DNA of 38,497 nt from an uncultured Verrucomicrobiales bacterium (GTDB lineage: Bacteria; Verrucomicrobiota; Verrucomicrobiia; Verrucomicrobiales; DEV007). The position numbers and the translations under genes were made by a program. Positions 35,501 through 38,497 of the stretch are shown piece by piece. Within the stretch, counting starts at the first letter, position 1; the number at the start of each line of letters is the position of its first letter. Below the pieces are notes generated by a model that did no database searches, was not told the DNA's origin, and saw only the letters and a list, made by a program, of their open reading frames with translations. The stretch spans positions 1 to 38,497 of the forward strand of contig CALKOM010000151.1 in NCBI GenBank assembly GCA_938091905.1. The letters are read 5' to 3'.

Positions 35501-37811
35501 CATCCATCCGACCTTCCATCTTCAATCCGCCGTGAAAAGCTCCTACCAAGAAAGGGTTCTCTTGAACAATCTCAATCTCACTAGGCGCGTCTTGCTCAGC
35601 TACGGCAACACCATCGACATAGAGAACGGCCTTGTTCGTGCTCCAGGTGACAACCACATGATGGGTTGTTCCTGCGGTCAGCACGGCTCCGTCCGTGGCA
35701 AACTCTGATTCTCCGTTCGAAAACCACTCGAGGTTCCCACCCGAACTCAGAAGAGCAAACGTAGGCGCTCCATCCGGTGTGCCCTTGGCAAAGATCGTTT
35801 GTTGGTCGCTGAGATCATTGAGATTGACCCAGGCCGCAACTGAGAAGCGAATGAAACTATCAAACACATCTCCAGGCACCTGGCCATAACCTCCCCCTGA
35901 GAACAGAACAGACGCTCCGCCAGAGATGAGCGCTTCCTGACCCACGGTCGCATCGACATAGGTTCCGGAACGCCCGAAGCCGCTCACGTCGAGCATCGTG
36001 CCGTCCATGTCATCGAGCGAGTAACGCGAAATGGGCCCCGCCAAATTCGCAACACTAGCCGAAAGCGATGCTGTCAGATCTGCCTCACTTGGATTAGGAT
36101 CATTCGTCTTGTAGCTAAGGGTAGCCTCGTAGCTCCCCTTCGCACCGCCTGCATCGAAGGTGATCGTAGCGAGGCCTTCTTCTCCCGGTGCTAGACTCGT
36201 CGGGAAATCACCAAGCGTGAACACAGATTCGTCAGGACCCGTAATTGCCGCGTCGCTTAAAGTAAGCGTTTGGGCATCGCCAGCATTCCGAATCTTGAGG
36301 GTCTCGGTGCGAGCCCCATCAGATTGATCCAAGAGACCAAAGCGCACACTACGATCAGCCACAGCATTGGGATCTGACGGGATCGCGCTTAGGAGAACCA
36401 ACTCTCCGTACGACGATTCTGTATGCGGATTGCCGTCCCAGTTGAGCTGAGTCTCACGGTTCCCGCCATCGTCGTCATCGTTGATATTCACATTGAAACC
36501 CATTGGTACGTCTTCCCGGTCACCACCAACAAGCGTGCTCTTCTTGATTATGAATTCGACATCCCACGACTTGCCATCTTCAGCTATGGAAGTCTGAGCC
36601 CACCAATGCTCATCGGGACCATAGGTGGGATTGTTCGCTTCGTTGTGACGCCAAGCACCATTCGCGGTCATGACAAATTGGCCGTCGAACATCTCTTCCT
36701 GATCCCGTCCACTGAGATTTGATTCATTGGAATCAAAGAAGATCTCCACACTATCGTCGTTCCACGTGTTTCCATTCTCTTCCCCCGCCTCGGCACCATC
36801 ATTAAAAAGAACGTCATCCGTGACCCTAACTGCCACATAGATAGCGTCTTCATTATGCGTCACCCGCCAGTCGAAGCTGATGTCATCCGCTTTGGGCTGG
36901 TCGTCACCTACTCGAAAGACTCCCGTGAACGGGTTGATGGAGACAATGTCTGCCCCTGGATACTCACCGTCTTCAATCTTTCCATCAATGGTCGGAGGTG
37001 CCGCCTTCAGCCCTTCGTATCGACGATGCCCAACGACCAAGTTTCCGAAGGTCTCCTCAACGTGGTCGAGCCCCGTCCAGATTAGCACAGAGTCGGTATT
37101 GCCCCCTCCGTCGTCATCATTGATCGCCACCGTAAAACCAATGTGCTCGCCCGGCTGAGGATTGCCGATCTCACTTAACGGAATACGGAACTCTGCATGA
37201 TAACCGTCCCCGGCCTCATTCTCCTTCGTCTCGGCGAACCATCCTGAACTCGGATCGAATCTTGGGTTTCCGGCTTCTGCGTGGCGATAGGCACTGTTCG
37301 CGGTGATAACATACTGCCCCCCGGAGTCGACGACTTCAGGATTCTCACCCGTTGTGTCTCGTGACCCAAAGTTGCTGTTGTCCCCATCAATGAAGATTTC
37401 GACACTATCATCTTGCCATGTCATTTCATTCTCACTCCCAGCAGACGCGGTGTCTGTCGAGATGTCATCATCTGTCACTTTCACTCCAATATAGAGATTC
37501 TCACCCACGACACCCGCATAGAGGTTTGCACTCAGATCGGTGTCATCGTCAGGCTTATCGCCATTTCTCAGATCGGCCCCCTTGATGCCATCGTCACCAT
37601 CATCTTCCACGATGCGGAATTCCCAACCAGCGTTTCCGGATTGAGCCCACTCGTCATCATTGATCACACCATCAATGATAGGAGCCTCGTCCATCGGTAA
37701 GGCAATGCGAGTCTTCGTTTCATCCAGCGGAGTATCTGCCGCGAATGCCCAAGGGGCAGCCAAGACAGCAAGCAATGTTCTCAATCGTGTGAGCGAGTGT
37801 CTTCTCATCAT
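32592..37811 (-). CDS. Large acidic exported protein: two CBM9-like domains, Ig-like domain, four LamG-like domains, C-terminal module
   Basis: Signal peptide; duplicated PxIDG..WxDDSVEIF.D..NDDD units; LKIRNAG..LTL..TNDP Ig-like unit; repeated W.H...Y.(D/N)G..G..D(D/E)V..(Y/F)N.A LamG units; no recognisable catalytic domain. Confidence 0.82.
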   Translation of the reverse strand: MMRRHSLTRLRTLLAVLAAPWAFAADTPLDETKTRIALPMDEAPIIDGVINDDEWAQSGNAGWEFRIVEDDGDDGIKGADLRNGDKPDDDTDLSANLYAGVVGENLYIGVKVTDDDISTDTASAGSENEMTWQDDSVEIFIDGDNSNFGSRDTTGENPEVVDSGGQYVITANSAYRHAEAGNPRFDPSSGWFAETKENEAGDGYHAEFRIPLSEIGNPQPGEHIGFTVAINDDDGGGNTDSVLIWTGLDHVEETFGNLVVGHRRYEGLKAAPPTIDGKIEDGEYPGADIVSINPFTGVFRVGDDQPKADDISFDWRVTHNEDAIYVAVRVTDDVLFNDGAEAGEENGNTWNDDSVEIFFDSNESNLSGRDQEEMFDGQFVMTANGAWRHNEANNPTYGPDEHWWAQTSIAEDGKSWDVEFIIKKSTLVGGDREDVPMGFNVNINDDDDGGNRETQLNWDGNPHTESSYGELVLLSAIPSDPNAVADRSVRFGLLDQSDGARTETLKIRNAGDAQTLTLSDAAITGPDESVFTLGDFPTSLAPGEEGLATITFDAGGAKGSYEATLSYKTNDPNPSEADLTASLSASVANLAGPISRYSLDDMDGTMLDVSGFGRSGTYVDATVGQEALISGGASVLFSGGGYGQVPGDVFDSFIRFSVAAWVNLNDLSDQQTIFAKGTPDGAPTFALLSSGGNLEWFSNGESEFATDGAVLTAGTTHHVVVTWSTNKAVLYVDGVAVAEQDAPSEIEIVQENPFLVGAFHGGLKMEGRMDDVQFYNRAITGDNVAAMFAEPGCELTNQGCVGDDEDPKGIVSQWSFENNLDDSGAASSTADALTATGAAAYAAGVVGQAVNITADGLQRLRAEDSDDLELGENWTLEAFVWPDANNTGEWDRFWTKWGDGGEQWHTSFRSTGTVDVENGLDLFINGGDNIINSNTTAEVPLEQWSHVAFVGDSAENTITAWLNGVEVGSTAYQSVTPGDGAMNFGNFQSPANGLQYTGLIDEAAIHNVAVSPDYLASQAALIPPVGGGITWGEVDLDTTVDDLIGGPTLTFTPFAYDGGNAEGTFWTGDGGTTGDDILDSIYNSHGWNGDGASITLDGLTAGESYQVQLLGAGDTRGCCNTRNQAASDGTNVSGDFPRGNSSVIGTFTAAGASQEIMIISGTDNGVDPGLSAFILTDAAGGFISASNVGRTEGDDIVLSVAVDGIPALVDLDASGLSAGAAGAWTNAGSLGGDFQPFGDPTVEVIDGVTGVTLDGDGDYFEGPVSTPEIEGSSPRSIIAWVYNPQLASEETVISWGKRGGPDGTNMSFNHGFHNNFGAVGHWGGGGPDIGWNPNSDVEDEEPNVPGDAMAGTWTHISYTQTGAFTKVFTNGQLSNSEDAALDTFGGLGILVGAQREGNGVDVTDPLKGSLSIGRVRIFDSTLSDEDILADFVASAADFGVPVDFEDVAGVIGYWRFDEGAGGTVADSSGHGNHGTVVAPEAAWVTDDTLGSVYQSGGGSYVDLGTLPTISLDTDFTWSFWVNAGETDNNNIVFGNRYMPDGMDFAPREFVKFTPRVFEWHVDGGGQNVPGDNTMFVVGEWSHRLVVKSGNNLTYYINGAEVASSDVTSAPANAQPLYLGGQPGADGAAVENFNGLFDEVAVFNRALSAEDVTEVYNRGLAGQPLTSGGGGGDPLPDLTAVGFGADGAFSVTLPDGVTADIEYSTDLINWEVIAPAASGTVTETDAGRQAAPAGFYRGKQ

Positions 37812-37966
37812 CTATGAAATGGGGTTCGTGTTTAAGTGAGTGCCTAAGATGACATTAGGTTGATAAACCAACTCAACTTTCACCCTGACGCGCCAGTCTG
37901 AGAGAATCCCCAGCTCTAGGTCAAGCCCGTTGCCTACTTTTCCTGCGGCCCCACTGGGGCTAATCC

Positions 37967-38497
37967 TCAACCGTACGCTAGGTTGGGCGCAAGCCAGCGC
38001 TCGACCTCTTCGACTGGCCGCCCTTTCCGCTCTGCGTACGCTTCAATCTGATCCCTGTTGCACTTGCCCACAGCGAAATATCGCGACTCTGGATGAGCAA
38101 AGTAGAGACCGCTAACGCTGGCACCTGGGTGCATGGCACAAGATTCAGTCAAGACGGTGCCACTGGCTTTGGTCGCATCCAGGAGGTCAAACAAGGTGAT
38201 CTTCTCGGTGTGGTCAGGGCTCGCCGGATAGCCACCGGCTGGACGGATTCCCCGGTAGCGCTCTCGTATGTAATCGTCCGTGGAAAGCCCTTCGTTTTCA
38301 CCAAAGCCCCACTCATCACGCACACGTTTATGAAGGTACTCGGCAAAGGCTTCCGCCAGTCGATCCGCAAGCGCCTTCGCCATGATGCCATTGTAGTCAT
38401 CATGCTGATCTTCGAAGAGCTTGGCATACTCATCGGCCCCATGACCCGCTGTCACGACAAAGCCGCCAACATAATCGATCCGCCCACTGTCCTTCGG
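37967..38497 (-). CDS. metH: Cobalamin-dependent methionine synthase, C-terminal activation domain (partial)
   Basis: [58 protein letters not shown]. Confidence 0.96.
   Translation of the reverse strand, partial: PKDSGRIDYVGGFVVTAGHGADEYAKLFEDQHDDYNGIMAKALADRLAEAFAEYLHKRVRDEWGFGENEGLSTDDYIRERYRGIRPAGGYPASPDHTEKITLFDLLDATKASGTVLTESCAMHPGASVSGLYFAHPESRYFAVGKCNRDQIEAYAERKGRPVEEVERWLAPNLAYG

Noticed and set aside
37812..37966. Riboswitch or ncRNA between metH and the LamG gene
   Set aside because: Only short stems (e.g. GCCCC-ACT-GGGGC); no recognisable aptamer consensus, and it lies downstream of metH.

Overview
Bacterial chromosomal window, most likely Verrucomicrobiota (inferred from protein families and architectures, not from a marker gene). 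It starts at the end of an IS1182-family element inserted at CTAG in a decayed GNAT gene and ends inside metH. Housekeeping genes include mutL, dprA, purD, a dacB-like PBP4, a cyclophilin, exbB-exbD-tonB and a stand-alone Smr gene. These are interspersed with six large, mostly signal-peptide-bearing modular proteins: LTD/alkaline-phosphatase-superfamily, GH9, purple acid phosphatase, M14 peptidase, LTD-CotH, and CBM9/LamG. All six end in a related C-terminal module (S-x-D-L/M-x-x-W ... F/Y-x-R), a candidate lineage-specific sorting signal. A ~3.2 kb block (25226-28409) holds three pseudogenes: RbfA-like, EamA and vWA. Four observations stand out. (1) A small FmdB-like gene reads through an in-frame UGA into a Cys-rich tail (C-U-N-P-G-G-C-G-C-S), followed by a SECIS-like hairpin that also covers the likely ribosome-binding site of the downstream smr gene. 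(2) A circularly permuted alkaline-phosphatase-superfamily domain is inserted inside a lamin-tail domain. (3) A GH9 carries a nested LamG[CBM38-like] insertion. (4) The six proteins share the C-terminal module. I saw no rRNA, tRNA or CRISPR array. All family calls are from motif recognition by eye; no searches were run.
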